A stretch of 58,904 bases of DNA, taken from positions 1 to 58,904 of IMG/VR virus record IMGVR_UViG_3300034056_000017. One strand, given 5' to 3'. The notes beneath the pieces were generated by a model, which saw only the letters and a program-made list of their open reading frames with translations, was not told the origin of the DNA and ran no database searches. Source of the DNA: a virus. Lineage: Duplodnaviria > Caudoviricetes. Shown here one piece after another: positions 26,745 through 36,104 of this stretch. How positions within the stretch are numbered: the first letter of the stretch is position 1; every line of letters begins with the position of its first letter. The position numbers and the translations under genes were made by a program.

Positions 26745-27821
26745 TTAGTCAGTGAGGACCGAGGCGCCGACTTCCGCAACGGCCATGTGCAGGCTGTTGA
26801 GCAGGACGGCAGTGAAGTAGCAGCTGGCGCCGATGTAGCCGCGCTGACCGGTCGGGTCGTTCTTGTCGATCGAGGACGGCTTGAGGTCATGCACGTCCAT
26901 GGCCTTGGCGCCGCGCAGGGCGACGTCGCCGCAGGCATCGCGACCAACGACCACCACCTGATAGACGTCCGGGTAGGAGCTGCCGGTCGAGGTCAGGCCG
27001 TAGGTGGCGGCAGTCACCGAGGTGGCCGCGTTGATGATCGAGACCAGCTCCGGGGAGGCGATGATGCGGAACTCCTCGACGGTGCCGACTTCGTACGGGG
27101 AGATGGCTTTCATGTTTCCGTACTTGGCGACGGGCACGAAGCCAGGGATGTCGCGGACGTCCGGCTTGAGGTCCGTGTGAATGAAGACCAGGAACCCGGC
27201 CTCAACAGCCGAGGTGCCGTACTTCGGGCTGGCCGAGAGCACTTCCGTGATCTTCTCGGTGTGCTGCACGTCGAGCGCCTTGGTGATCTTGCGCAGGAGC
27301 TTGAGGGACAGCTTGCCGTTCACGGTGAGGCGGGTGGTGCCGGTGCCACCGTAGAACTTGTTGGTGCAGGCTTTGGCCACGTTGAAGCGGACCAGCTCGC
27401 GGACCAGGGCCAGACGCTCGCCAACCTGGGCCTTCATGGCGGCCGGGACGTCGTCCTCATAGAGGTCGGCAGTGCGCTTGGTGTAGCCGAAGAGCACGGT
27501 GTACTCCTGCATGCTCACCGAGATGTCCTGCGGGGTCAGCGTCTCGGCGTTGGGCGTCACACCCTCGCTCGAGAGGTGCTGATTGACCAGGGTCTGGGTG
27601 CGGTCGCCGGTCTCCGTCGAGACGAAGAAAGTGTTCGGGCTGGAGGTCGTGGCGTTGATCGGCAGCCAGCGACGATAGATGACGGTCTCGCCGGAGTTCT
27701 TCGGCATCGGCTTGCTGCCGAAACCGAGGGACAGGACTTCACGGGGGACCGCATGGGTCAAGATCTCGCCCTTGGTTTTGCCGATGCGCTGGGCGGGGGA
27801 CAGCATGGTGGACAGTGCCAT
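26745..27821 (-). CDS. Major capsid protein (N4-gp56 family)
   Basis: MPKNSGETVIYRRW, LSSEGVTP, IPGFVPVAKYG, EVGTVEEFR, DKNDPTGQRG motifs. Confidence 0.92.
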   Translation of the reverse strand: MALSTMLSPAQRIGKTKGEILTHAVPREVLSLGFGSKPMPKNSGETVIYRRWLPINATTSSPNTFFVSTETGDRTQTLVNQHLSSEGVTPNAETLTPQDISVSMQEYTVLFGYTKRTADLYEDDVPAAMKAQVGERLALVRELVRFNVAKACTNKFYGGTGTTRLTVNGKLSLKLLRKITKALDVQHTEKITEVLSASPKYGTSAVEAGFLVFIHTDLKPDVRDIPGFVPVAKYGNMKAISPYEVGTVEEFRIIASPELVSIINAATSVTAATYGLTSTGSSYPDVYQVVVVGRDACGDVALRGAKAMDVHDLKPSSIDKNDPTGQRGYIGASCYFTAVLLNSLHMAVAEVGASVLTD

Positions 27822-27848
27822 GATCGTTCTCCTTCAGAGAGTAAGTAG

Positions 27849-28706
27849 TTAACGTTTACCGAAGGAGGCCATCATTGCTGCCTCCTCCTCGTCTTCAGTG
27901 CCACCAATCACCGTCGTGCCGGGGATACCCTGCGGCGTGACAGCGGCGGTCAGGCGGTTCTGCTTGTCCTTCTCGGCCTGAGCTGCTGCCAGCTGGGCCT
28001 TGTGCCAGGTCTTGAACTCGGTCAAGCGTTTGCCGATCAGCTCGGCGTCCCAGGATGAATCAAGCTCTGCAGCTTCGTCAGGCTTGAGCATCTTGGTCTT
28101 GAACGTGTCGAACTCGACACTGGTGACGACCAGTTCCCAGTCGTTGTGATCCTTCTTCAGCAGCTTCTTCTCGTAGTCCTGCCGAAGTTTGACCGGATCG
28201 TCGGCCGCGAGCGGCTCGTCCGAGACGGGCGGTGCAGTCATCTGCATGGTCGACGGCGCCGGGTCGGGCGTCAGCTCGGGTGCCTTGGCACCATCGAACA
28301 GGATCTCGGCAAACTCGGGGAACTCAGTGAACAGTCTCTCCCGTGCCTTCGGTGAAATCCCTGACGCTTCCTTGCGCGCCTGCTCCAGCTTGTGCTGCAC
28401 GTCCCCCAGCTTGCCAAAGAGCTTGTCAATGGTGCGCTGGTGTTCTGCCTTGATCCCGTTAATCACCTCGTCGAACTGCTGCTTGGAGAGGAACTCCGGT
28501 TCGGGCTCGGTCACGGGAGGTGCTGCCTCGGCCGCGGTCTCGGTGCCTTCGGGCTCTGCATCCTGTTCCGGGGTCTCCGTCTCTTCGACGGTGGGTGGCG
28601 CTACCTCATCGAGGTCAACGTCGTTCCCTTCAAACCCGGCTTCAAATGCCGCTTCCTCGGCTGCCTCGTCCTCCGGCGTCATGACAATCTGCTCTTGCTC
28701 TTCCAT
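27849..28706 (-). CDS. Scaffolding protein
   Basis: Acidic N-terminus plus coiled coil, immediately upstream of the MCP. Confidence 0.7.
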   Translation of the reverse strand: MEEQEQIVMTPEDEAAEEAAFEAGFEGNDVDLDEVAPPTVEETETPEQDAEPEGTETAAEAAPPVTEPEPEFLSKQQFDEVINGIKAEHQRTIDKLFGKLGDVQHKLEQARKEASGISPKARERLFTEFPEFAEILFDGAKAPELTPDPAPSTMQMTAPPVSDEPLAADDPVKLRQDYEKKLLKKDHNDWELVVTSVEFDTFKTKMLKPDEAAELDSSWDAELIGKRLTEFKTWHKAQLAAAQAEKDKQNRLTAAVTPQGIPGTTVIGGTEDEEEAAMMASFGKR

Positions 28707-28731
28707 GTTTCCTCCGGCGGCCTCGCGGTCG

Positions 28732-28941
28732 CTAGGTAATGTGCGGGTCGGGTTCGGCCCACGTTAGAATCAGCTTGATCTCAGCGATGCGACCGCGCAG
28801 CTTGATGGTCTCCTCAACACTGAGGTCTTTATCGTTCTGCTCCCGCAGCATGGTCAGGCGCTCAGTCAGCTCGGCCGAGACCCGGACCCAACATGCGGAT
28901 TCACGTTCCAGTTGGTTCAGCTTCACGCAGGGCCACTCCAC
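28732..28941 (-). CDS. Small coiled-coil head-module protein
   Basis: LREQND...ETIKLRGRIAEIK motif often seen between portal and scaffold. Confidence 0.65.
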   Translation of the reverse strand: MEWPCVKLNQLERESACWVRVSAELTERLTMLREQNDKDLSVEETIKLRGRIAEIKLILTWAEPDPHIT

Positions 28942-29540
28942 TGACCCGAGTAGAACAGGATCACGTTCACGGTGGTGGCGCTGGCTGCCGTAGCGTCGAT
29001 GACCCTGAAGTTGCGCAGGGTGTCGGCGCCGACGAGCTGGTATGAGTTGTTGGCCGGCAGCACGATGCCCTTGTCGTAGGTCGTGTCCGGGTTGGTCCCG
29101 TCCAGCGTCATTAGGGCGGACTGCACGGTGGCCTGCACCAGGGCGGCCTTGGCGACCGCACCCTTGAACGGGTAGTCGCTGGTGTCGGCGGCCGGCGTGC
29201 CGGTCATCGTGGCGTCGTCGGTGCCGGCGCGCGTCTTCAGTTTCTCGTTGTTGCCCCAGGTGCCGACGCTGTTCTTGATCGTCAGCGTGCCAGCCGCATC
29301 GCCGCCAGCCCAGGAGCCCGAGGCCAGGGTGACGCTCACGACGTCGGCCGTGGCACCGGAGGTGGCACCGATGATAGTGTCGCCGGCTGCGATGACCGCC
29401 GTTCCTCCCGAGGTGAAGGTGATGACGTGCTGCGTGTAGCAGAGCACGTTGGCACCGAGGCCGGTCGGCGTGGCGCCGGGGACGATCTTCTGGGACGACT
29501 TCGGGATGCCCAGGTAACTAAACGCGAGTACGCTGTCCAT
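28923..29540 (-). CDS. Hypothetical virion protein
   Basis: T/G/A-rich; GDTIIGATSGATA beta repeat similar to segments of the nozzle protein. Confidence 0.6.
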   Translation of the reverse strand: MDSVLAFSYLGIPKSSQKIVPGATPTGLGANVLCYTQHVITFTSGGTAVIAAGDTIIGATSGATADVVSVTLASGSWAGGDAAGTLTIKNSVGTWGNNEKLKTRAGTDDATMTGTPAADTSDYPFKGAVAKAALVQATVQSALMTLDGTNPDTTYDKGIVLPANNSYQLVGADTLRNFRVIDATAASATTVNVILFYSGQWSGPA

Positions 29541-29549
29541 GATGGTCTC

Positions 29550-30269
29550 CTATACCGTCGGTGCGGTGGTCTTCTTCATCCAGCCAGCGGCCCGGTCCTG
29601 CCACGACCGGTAGGCCGAGTGCATTGCGTCACGCTGCTGTGCCAGTGCGTCCCCCGTGGCGATCGGTCCGGTCTGCGCCGGTTGCTGTGCAGCGATGCCA
29701 CCGGCTGGCTGTGCAGGTGCGGTCGGCTGCGTGGGGGCGGTCGGTGCTGCAGGTGCCACTCCAATGGGAAGCCCTGTTGCCCCGGACCGTGGCACACGCG
29801 ACGGTTCCCTTGGGTTAGAGGTACGCCGGTTGAGTGCTTGCTGAACACTGAGCGTGCCAAACTGGTCCTGCTGCCGCTGTCGCCTGGGTGTGAGCCCCGG
29901 TGTCGTCTGCGGTGTCGTTGACGGGGCCGCCCCTATCTTCCCGGTCGTCGCGTCCACCTTGTAATTCGGCATGCTGGTCGCAAAGATCTGTCTGACCTGG
30001 TCCCCATTGTAGTTGCCAACCCCGCCGGCGGTGAGGGCGGCAGCCAACTGATCGGGGGTCGCACCGACATTTACAGCAGCCTGGACAATCTTGGTCGGGT
30101 CGTTGCCAACATCCGCAAAGAACTTCTTCAACTGATCCGGGGTGTAGTTCATGTTGCCAATGGTGACCACGTTCTGCGGTCCCATGTTGTCAGCCGGCAG
30201 CGTGTTGGGCGCGGTAACCTGCAGGGAGTTGCTAACCGCCTCGTTCACCGATTGAAAGGCCATGGTCAT
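29550..30269 (-). CDS. Hypothetical protein with P/Q/T-rich C-terminal half
   Basis: Coupled to the portal stop. Confidence 0.55.
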   Translation of the reverse strand: MTMAFQSVNEAVSNSLQVTAPNTLPADNMGPQNVVTIGNMNYTPDQLKKFFADVGNDPTKIVQAAVNVGATPDQLAAALTAGGVGNYNGDQVRQIFATSMPNYKVDATTGKIGAAPSTTPQTTPGLTPRRQRQQDQFGTLSVQQALNRRTSNPREPSRVPRSGATGLPIGVAPAAPTAPTQPTAPAQPAGGIAAQQPAQTGPIATGDALAQQRDAMHSAYRSWQDRAAGWMKKTTAPTV

Positions 30270-32512
30270 TACTCCTGGAATGCTCGCCCGTCCGGGGCGT
30301 GCTGTGGCGGCTCGACCGCGGGGGTGGCCACCTGGGGAGCCTTGCCGACCTTGATGCCGGCCAGCTCCTTCTGGGTCGTGAGGCGCATGGTCTCTTTGGC
30401 CAGGTCTGCCTTGATCTGGTCCAGCGTCAGGTCGCGCTTGTTGGCATACTCGAGCAGGGCCAGCTCACGCTTGATCCGCAGCTCTTCGATCTTGGCAGTG
30501 TAGGTCGCCTGGTCGCGCTCGGTCTGCGCCTGGACGTAGACGGTATCGCGATCGGTGTCGACCTGGATCTTGTGCTGCGAGGTCTGCTCGCGCTGCTGCG
30601 CAATCTGCAGGTCGGTTTGCGAACGGATCTTGGCGACCTCGATCGCCGGGTCGGCAGGCGGCGGCTGCTCGGCGGCGGCCTTCTTCTGCTCCTCGGTCAG
30701 CTGCCACTTGTCAGGGATCATGCGCTTGGCGATCAGCACCTGCGTCATGGCCTTCTCGGGGTCGAGCCCGAAGGCCGGGTTGATCGACATCTGCAGGATC
30801 GCCAGGCTCTCGATGGCCTGGATGTCGCGCTCCACCAGAGCGGTGCTGCCGACGGCCTCGATGACCACGTCACCCTTGGCCTCCTCCGGCCCGTACTCCA
30901 TCAGGTGGACGTAGTAGCGGCGGATGTGCGGCTCGGTGATCTTCTCGTCGAACATCCTGGCCAGCCGGCGCAGGCCGGCGCTGGCGTTGCGGTTGAGCAG
31001 CTCCATGCCACCGACCGTGTCGGGAGCGGAGCCCTGCTCGCCCTGCAGCAGGAAGCGGATGCCGGTCGCATCCTCCATCATCTTGTAGCCCAGCTCGATG
31101 ATGGCGTTCAGCTCCTGCTGCATCATGGGGATGTTCACCGACATGAAGGCGTCGGAGACCGAGCGGATGTCGACCTCCTCCGTGGCGTACCAGATCTTGC
31201 CGCCGTACAGCGTCCAGTTGTTGTCTGCCGGCCGGATGGCCTTCTGGCGCAGGATCAGCTGCGGCGCCTTCGAGAGGCCGCCGTTCTCCATCAGCGAGCG
31301 CGCCGCGGAGTTGATCATGTCCTGCGGCGTGCGACCCTGTCGGGCGATGCCAATGCCCCACGGGCTGTCGTTGCGCGCCTGCCAAGGGAAGAAGTCGAAC
31401 GGATACTCCCCGGTGGACAGCGGGTTGAGGAACGCTTTGATCGGCGTCTCGTTGACCATGACCACGATTGCCGGGACGCTGTGCTTGCTGCCGCCGGCCA
31501 TCTTGGTGTCGACGTTCAGGGCGTCAAGCCCGTCCAGGTCCACCAGGCCGTAGTAGTACCACAGCTCGAAGCGGTCCTCGTCCTTGGTCATTGCCTCGGG
31601 ATCGCGGACGCCGTCGCAGTAGTTGCACTTGTTCGGCCCCTCGTCCAGCACGCTGTCGATGGCCTCGGCCAGGTAGCTGCTGTCCTTCTTCAGATCCTTG
31701 AGCTGCCGCGCGTTGAAGTAGTCGCGCTCGATGAAGTAGGCACCGTTCTGGATGTCGCTGCCGCAGTTGGGATCGGGGAAGCAGTTGCGCGGGTCGACCC
31801 ACTTGCTGACCGGTGCGACCGAGTCGCTGATGATCAGGGCCAGCTTGCCGTCCTTCTCCTGAGTCTTGCGGAGCTTGCGGATCTTGGGCACCGGCCCCTT
31901 CAGGACACCCGTGCCGATGCGGCCGGCATCCTCGATGACCTGACGCACCTGAGCGGTGTACTGACACTCGACCAACCAGTCCTGGATCTGCTTCTGGCTG
32001 ACCTCGGCCTTGTCCTGTGCCTCACGCTGCCGGGCACTCTTGTCGTCAGCGGCCTGCTGTGGGTCACCGCCCAGCTCCATGGCGATCTTTTCGAGATCGT
32101 CCTGCACCGGGCTCGGCTTGACGGCGAAGTTCCAGTCGTTGTTCGGCAGCAGGATGTCAGCCATCCTGGCCGTGCCACTGTCAACAAATTGACGGGTGAC
32201 ATTGAAGAACGCGGTGCAGCGGTTGCCGGACAGCTCAGGAGCCCTGGAGATGCCACCGACCGTCGACGGGGACTTGAGGTAGCTCACATGGTCGCGACAG
32301 GCGTCGTCGATGCCGATGTAATACTCCTCGTCCTCCTGCCAGATCTGCTCGATGCCGGTGGCCTTGCGACCACTGACGGCCTCGTCACGGCGCTTGGTGA
32401 CCAGCTTACCGATCGACTCGATCCGGGCGTTCTTGGCAGCACGCAGCTCGGCAACCATGTCGCCCAGCTCGCCGCTCATCTCCTCGTCGATCTTGTCTTC
32501 CAGGTCCATCAT
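30269..32512 (-). CDS. Portal protein
   Basis: ~747 aa from ATG 32512; GTGVLKGP, VDPRNCFPDP, PWGIGI; long C-terminal coiled coil; follows terL. Confidence 0.88.
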   Translation of the reverse strand: MMDLEDKIDEEMSGELGDMVAELRAAKNARIESIGKLVTKRRDEAVSGRKATGIEQIWQEDEEYYIGIDDACRDHVSYLKSPSTVGGISRAPELSGNRCTAFFNVTRQFVDSGTARMADILLPNNDWNFAVKPSPVQDDLEKIAMELGGDPQQAADDKSARQREAQDKAEVSQKQIQDWLVECQYTAQVRQVIEDAGRIGTGVLKGPVPKIRKLRKTQEKDGKLALIISDSVAPVSKWVDPRNCFPDPNCGSDIQNGAYFIERDYFNARQLKDLKKDSSYLAEAIDSVLDEGPNKCNYCDGVRDPEAMTKDEDRFELWYYYGLVDLDGLDALNVDTKMAGGSKHSVPAIVVMVNETPIKAFLNPLSTGEYPFDFFPWQARNDSPWGIGIARQGRTPQDMINSAARSLMENGGLSKAPQLILRQKAIRPADNNWTLYGGKIWYATEEVDIRSVSDAFMSVNIPMMQQELNAIIELGYKMMEDATGIRFLLQGEQGSAPDTVGGMELLNRNASAGLRRLARMFDEKITEPHIRRYYVHLMEYGPEEAKGDVVIEAVGSTALVERDIQAIESLAILQMSINPAFGLDPEKAMTQVLIAKRMIPDKWQLTEEQKKAAAEQPPPADPAIEVAKIRSQTDLQIAQQREQTSQHKIQVDTDRDTVYVQAQTERDQATYTAKIEELRIKRELALLEYANKRDLTLDQIKADLAKETMRLTTQKELAGIKVGKAPQVATPAVEPPQHAPDGRAFQE

Positions 32513-32526
32513 TCGCCCCAAATAGA

Positions 32527-32596
32527 GAAAGCCCCGCCTCTGCAATCGATGTTCTGACGGCAAAGCGGGGCGATGTTCCGCGCGGCTTAAAATGTT
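32527..32596 (-). promoter_or_regulatory. Conserved structured leader, copy 2 (upstream of the portal/head operon)
   Basis: Minus strand CGCGCGGAACA-T-CGCCCCGC...GCGGGGCTTTC; candidate promoter TTGACT-N17-TAGATA at 32633-32605. Confidence 0.7.
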
Positions 32597-32629
32597 AGTA
32601 CAGCTATCTACACGAAATCGCGAACAAAG

Positions 32630-32788
32630 TCAACGATGTTTAACAATCACCTGCGGCCCGGTGTCCTGACCAGTGCATCGGCAGCAGCTGGACCGTGGCG
32701 TCTTGCCCAGCTGGTACTCCGTTTCGAGCAGCTTCACAGCGAAGCAGAGCACCCTGTAGAGGATCGAGATGCCGCGGTTATCGGTCAC
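32630..32788 (-). CDS. Small hypothetical protein
   Basis: GTG start with GGAGG upstream. Confidence 0.4.
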   Translation of the reverse strand: MTDNRGISILYRVLCFAVKLLETEYQLGKTPRSSCCRCTGQDTGPQVIVKHR

Positions 32789-32894
32789 GTCGACCCTCCC
32801 ACCACTCGTCCAGCGTGACCAGGATGCCGAGAAACACGGGCGGCACGACGACGATGGCAACGAACAGGATGGCGGCGACTTCGAAGATTGTCAT
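32778..32894 (-). CDS. 38-aa single-TM peptide
   Basis: MTIFEVAAILFVAIVVVPPVFLGILVTLDEWWEGRRDR (manual translation). Confidence 0.45.
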   Translation of the reverse strand: MTIFEVAAILFVAIVVVPPVFLGILVTLDEWWEGRRDR

Positions 32895-32930
32895 AATGAA
32901 CAGCCCCGGCTCATCACCGGGGCTCTCCGG

Positions 32931-33026
32931 TTAGCGTTTGACCGGCTTCTTGACCTTGCCGCCGGCAACGGTGATGTTACCACCCTGCCCAAAGGTCTTG
33001 ACAGGCATCGCGGGTTTCTTAGCCAT
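32931..33026 (-). CDS. 31-aa basic peptide
   Basis: MAKKPAMPVKTFGQGGNITVAGGKVKKPVKR with AAGGAG RBS. Confidence 0.5.
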   Translation of the reverse strand: MAKKPAMPVKTFGQGGNITVAGGKVKKPVKR

Positions 33027-33039
33027 GGGGGATCTCCTT

Positions 33040-33306
33040 TCACTGAGATGCGCTGAACGGCAGCACAATCTGCCGGTCTTCGGTGATGATCGGCGAGCCC
33101 TCTGACTTGGTCAGCTGGTTTTCGCACCAGATGGCACCATCGTGGAAGGCGTCACTGATCACCTCGGCCAGGATCAGCCGCAGCTCCGGCGTGACGCCCT
33201 GAACGAAGCGACGGTCGATGAAGGTGTTGAGGTACTCGGTCATGTCCTCCACCAGGCGCTCGTCGGTGGCCTGGCAGGCTGCAGCGTGTCGGATCGCGTC
33301 ATCCAT
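33040..33306 (-). CDS. Hypothetical protein
   Basis: Packed behind terL. Confidence 0.55.
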   Translation of the reverse strand: MDDAIRHAAACQATDERLVEDMTEYLNTFIDRRFVQGVTPELRLILAEVISDAFHDGAIWCENQLTKSEGSPIITEDRQIVLPFSASQ

Positions 33307-33309
33307 TGG

Positions 33310-34581
33310 TCACATCCCCATGCGGTTGTAGGCGACGGGCATCGGCACCTCGGGCAGGGCCGCCACCTCGTCCTCGTTGGTCATCCTGTCCAGGTTCAGC
33401 GATGCGTAGCGGAACATGTCGGCATCATCACTGATGACCGGGTCGTGTGCCGGCATCCCGTCGCCACCGCTCTTGGTGTCGACGCGCCGGTAACGCTTCA
33501 GGCTCTCGACGAGCCCGGCGGCGTAGACACGGTCGAAGTAGAACTGCGGAAAGCAGTTGCGTGCGTTGCGGATGCCGTCCTCCCGTGGAATGTTCGGCGT
33601 CTGCAGCACCTGGAAGTTGTGAGCCCGGAACACGTCAGCATCGTTCTTGCCCTGCCGCACCTCATGGAAGCCGTCGTGGGGCAGGAAGACCTTGCCGTAG
33701 TTGTAGAGCCGCTGCTTACACATGGCCGCGATCTCCTGGGTGCGCTTGTGTCGCTCGTAGAAGTGCTCGATGCACCGGACCTCGTTGCGCAGCCGCTGGA
33801 AGAAGCCGACGCTCATGCCGTCACCGAAACCCAGGTCCAGGACGACGTGGACCTTGAGCATCGGATCATAGGGTAGGTTGCAGATCCGCTGGCCGGCGAT
33901 GGCCTTGCTGACCTCGCTGGCGTAGATCGCGCCAGCTACGGCCGAGCGGCACTGCCCCTCCCAGATGTTGTTATAGTCCTCTTCTGGCTCGGTGGCCTGG
34001 AAGTGCAACCGCTCCTGCTCCAGCACGTCTGGGAACCATGGGTTGTCCGTATGGTTGAGAGCAACGGACACGCAGTCTGGAGGTGGTGCCAGCACGAAAC
34101 GACGGTAGGTGTCGTCAGTGTCAAGGCACGGGTTAAACGTGATGATGAACTCTGAACCGGGTTTGCGAATGGTCGGGATCAGGATGTCCCAGCTCGACTT
34201 GCTGATGGTCTGCGCCTCTTCGCACCAGCAGTATGAGATCCCCTCGAACGACTTGATGGACCCGGCTGTCTGGTTCGACAAGCCACTGAAGATAAATTCG
34301 GTGCCGTTCTTGCCGCGGATGATCGTGTCCAGCACCTCGTATTCGGACAGAAGACCAAGCTCTTCGATCTTCGCCTTGAGCAGCTGATGCACCGAGTCCT
34401 TGATCGACTTCTGCACCTCGCGAGTGCAGAGGATGCGGCAGGGTGACTCGATCCCTTTAAGCAGAAGAAACATGGCCGCGGCGTGGGACTTGCCACTGCC
34501 ACGGCCACCGTAGAGGACTTTGTAGCGATGCTCCTCGAAGAGGAAGCCCAACTTGTCTGGGAACCTTGCCTTGACGATCAC
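33310..34581 (-). CDS. terL: Terminase large subunit (PBSX/SPP1-like)
   Basis: YKVLYGGRGSGKS Walker A, CWCEEA Walker B, LIPTIRKPGSE, VLDLGFGD nuclease motif. Confidence 0.95.
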   Translation of the reverse strand: MIVKARFPDKLGFLFEEHRYKVLYGGRGSGKSHAAAMFLLLKGIESPCRILCTREVQKSIKDSVHQLLKAKIEELGLLSEYEVLDTIIRGKNGTEFIFSGLSNQTAGSIKSFEGISYCWCEEAQTISKSSWDILIPTIRKPGSEFIITFNPCLDTDDTYRRFVLAPPPDCVSVALNHTDNPWFPDVLEQERLHFQATEPEEDYNNIWEGQCRSAVAGAIYASEVSKAIAGQRICNLPYDPMLKVHVVLDLGFGDGMSVGFFQRLRNEVRCIEHFYERHKRTQEIAAMCKQRLYNYGKVFLPHDGFHEVRQGKNDADVFRAHNFQVLQTPNIPREDGIRNARNCFPQFYFDRVYAAGLVESLKRYRRVDTKSGGDGMPAHDPVISDDADMFRYASLNLDRMTNEDEVAALPEVPMPVAYNRMGM

Positions 34582-34967
34582 GTCGGCTTCACCAGCTCGA
34601 TCTCGATCTTCTTGACAGAAACCCTGGCCGTCATATCGACCCGCTCCACATAGTGACCGAGTGCCTTGCCTGCGTTCGTCTCAGCCGTGACAGCCGCCCC
34701 AAAGTTGCCGGCAGCCGTGGCCAAACGCTTCAATTCCTGCAGGTTTGCGACATGCTGCTCCAGCGTCATCGTGAGCTTTTCGACCACAGGAGCCCGTAAT
34801 TCCGCGATCCTTACCGAAACGGTACCGGTTTTCAACAACTCACACGCTTTGACGTGGATCGTCTCCGGCTTCATCTTGCTGGTATTATACGCCGACCTGT
34901 AGGCTTCGGAGTTGTTCTTGCCGTCGACGATCGCCTGGCAAAACTTCTCCTGCTTCGGTGTCAGCAT
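34578..34967 (-). CDS. terS: Terminase small subunit
   Basis: MLTPKQEKFCQAIVDGKNNSEAYRSAY N-terminal HTH; adjacent to terL. Confidence 0.88.
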   Translation of the reverse strand: MLTPKQEKFCQAIVDGKNNSEAYRSAYNTSKMKPETIHVKACELLKTGTVSVRIAELRAPVVEKLTMTLEQHVANLQELKRLATAAGNFGAAVTAETNAGKALGHYVERVDMTARVSVKKIEIELVKPT

Positions 34968-35213
34968 CTACAGCATCGGCCCAGGCGCCTTGTAAGCGCC
35001 CTGCATGGCCGCCTCCTCTTCAGGCATCTCCTCAGTCGGCATTCCGTCACCGACGGGCACAGCGCCCTCTGAGGCCATCTGACGCACCATCTCGATGGCC
35101 TCGTCAAGGGAGCCGGCAGCCTGGCCCTCGGGAACCTCCTGCTCAGGGTTCATCGACTCACTCGAAACATAAAATTTGCCATCGTCAGCGATGGTCAGAC
35201 AAATCTCGATCAT
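34968..35213 (-). CDS. Small acidic protein (81 aa)
   Basis: Probable start ATG 35213 with GAGGAG RBS. Confidence 0.6.
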   Translation of the reverse strand: MIEICLTIADDGKFYVSSESMNPEQEVPEGQAAGSLDEAIEMVRQMASEGAVPVGDGMPTEEMPEEEAAMQGAYKAPGPML

Positions 35214-35251
35214 GGAGCTGCTCCTCGTCGGCCACCAACTCGGCCCCGCAC

Positions 35252-35336
35252 TCGACGCAACGGACTCGCCATGCTTCCACACAGAGGCATGGATCAAACA
35301 CCCGACCGACGATCTCGGTCGCTCCGTCGCAGTCGA
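35252..35336. ncRNA. Candidate structured RNA/leader (three-way junction)
   Basis: Closing stem plus two internal hairpins, just downstream of a leftward TTGACA-N17-TATACG candidate promoter. Confidence 0.4.
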
Positions 35337-35351
35337 AACAGATCATGCTTG

Positions 35352-35380
35352 CGTATATCACGCGGGTCGACGGGTGTCAA
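35352..35380 (-). promoter_or_regulatory. Candidate leftward promoter for the terminase operon
   Basis: Perfect TTGACA, 17-nt spacer, TATACG. Confidence 0.45.
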
Positions 35381-35706
35381 CGCGGTTTGCGGAACAGCGA
35401 ACGCAACGTGTCATAGACGTCAAGGAAACCAAGACCGGTCTTCTCTCTCAAGGCGTCCATCACTGGTGGGGTGAACATTGCCTGGTGTACAAGGCGCCTG
35501 TTGCGTTTGAGATCCAGAGGGATCGAACTCGGCCCACCACCAAGGATGTTCTCGATCTCACCCTCGCTCAGACCGACAATCAGCGATATCATGTTAACAC
35601 TGACACCATCGCGCACCATCTTGCGCACCGCCCTCCGAGTCTCCAGATCACCGGGGAGGGGCGGACGTCCTGCAGTTTTGATCGTTTTTTGATCACCCAT
35701 AACCAT
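35377..35706 (-). CDS. Hypothetical HTH-like protein
   Basis: AVRKMVRDGVSVNMISLIVGLSEGEIENIL HTH-like pattern; AAGGAG RBS. Confidence 0.55.
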   Translation of the reverse strand: MVMGDQKTIKTAGRPPLPGDLETRRAVRKMVRDGVSVNMISLIVGLSEGEIENILGGGPSSIPLDLKRNRRLVHQAMFTPPVMDALREKTGLGFLDVYDTLRSLFRKPR

Positions 35707-35719
35707 TTCTCCTTTGTTT

Positions 35720-35965
35720 TCAGGGACTTAACCACTGATAGTGGCGAAGTGTTGAAGTTTTTCACGTTCAACTCTACTACAGGGAAACTGCGTGTTGCGT
35801 ATTTTGTGAATAACACACATAAGTATACATGATACACACATCTCACATACATACTACCTTATTATTATAACTATAACACTATAGAGTAAAAAAGATAATG
35901 ATTTCAGGTACTTAGGATTAGTGTTGATCCAGTTTCGATCGACCAAATAGTGCTGATCCGATCAA
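35720..35965. other. AT-rich non-coding region between the divergent arms (candidate origin/packaging region)
   Basis: Strongly AT-rich relative to the genome; short ACAC(A)T repeats and two TAGTGYTGATCC repeats. Confidence 0.45.
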
Positions 35966-35986
35966 CCCTACGCCCTGTTACCCTCA

Positions 35987-36015
35987 ATCCTACCCGGTGA
36001 CACGCCGGCGGTCAA
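35987..36015 (-). promoter_or_regulatory. Leftward sigma70 promoter
   Basis: TTGACC-N17-TAGGAT on the minus strand. Confidence 0.6.
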
Positions 36016-36042
36016 CGGTAAATATAATTATGAAAATAGTTA

Positions 36043-36071
36043 TTGACAGTCATACGGGCTGTATGTATGAT
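36043..36071 (+). promoter_or_regulatory. Early sigma70 promoter P1 with CATAC-N5-GTATG palindrome
   Basis: TTGACA-N17-TATGAT with AT-rich UP element. Confidence 0.85.
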
Positions 36072-36104
36072 GGTCTTGCCTAGACGGCAGAAGGGAGAAC
36101 TGAG

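Noticed and set aside
6261-33876. Long plus-strand ORFs opposite the late genes (e.g. 6261..7760, 8355..9629, 10830..13178, 30299..32557)
   Set aside because: Antisense shadows of high-GC3 genes; L/V/G/R/H-rich composition, no motifs and no RBS.
35252-35336. tRNA or hammerhead ribozyme
   Set aside because: No four-arm cloverleaf or CCA end, and no CUGAnGA/GAAA core; kept only as an unclassified structure.
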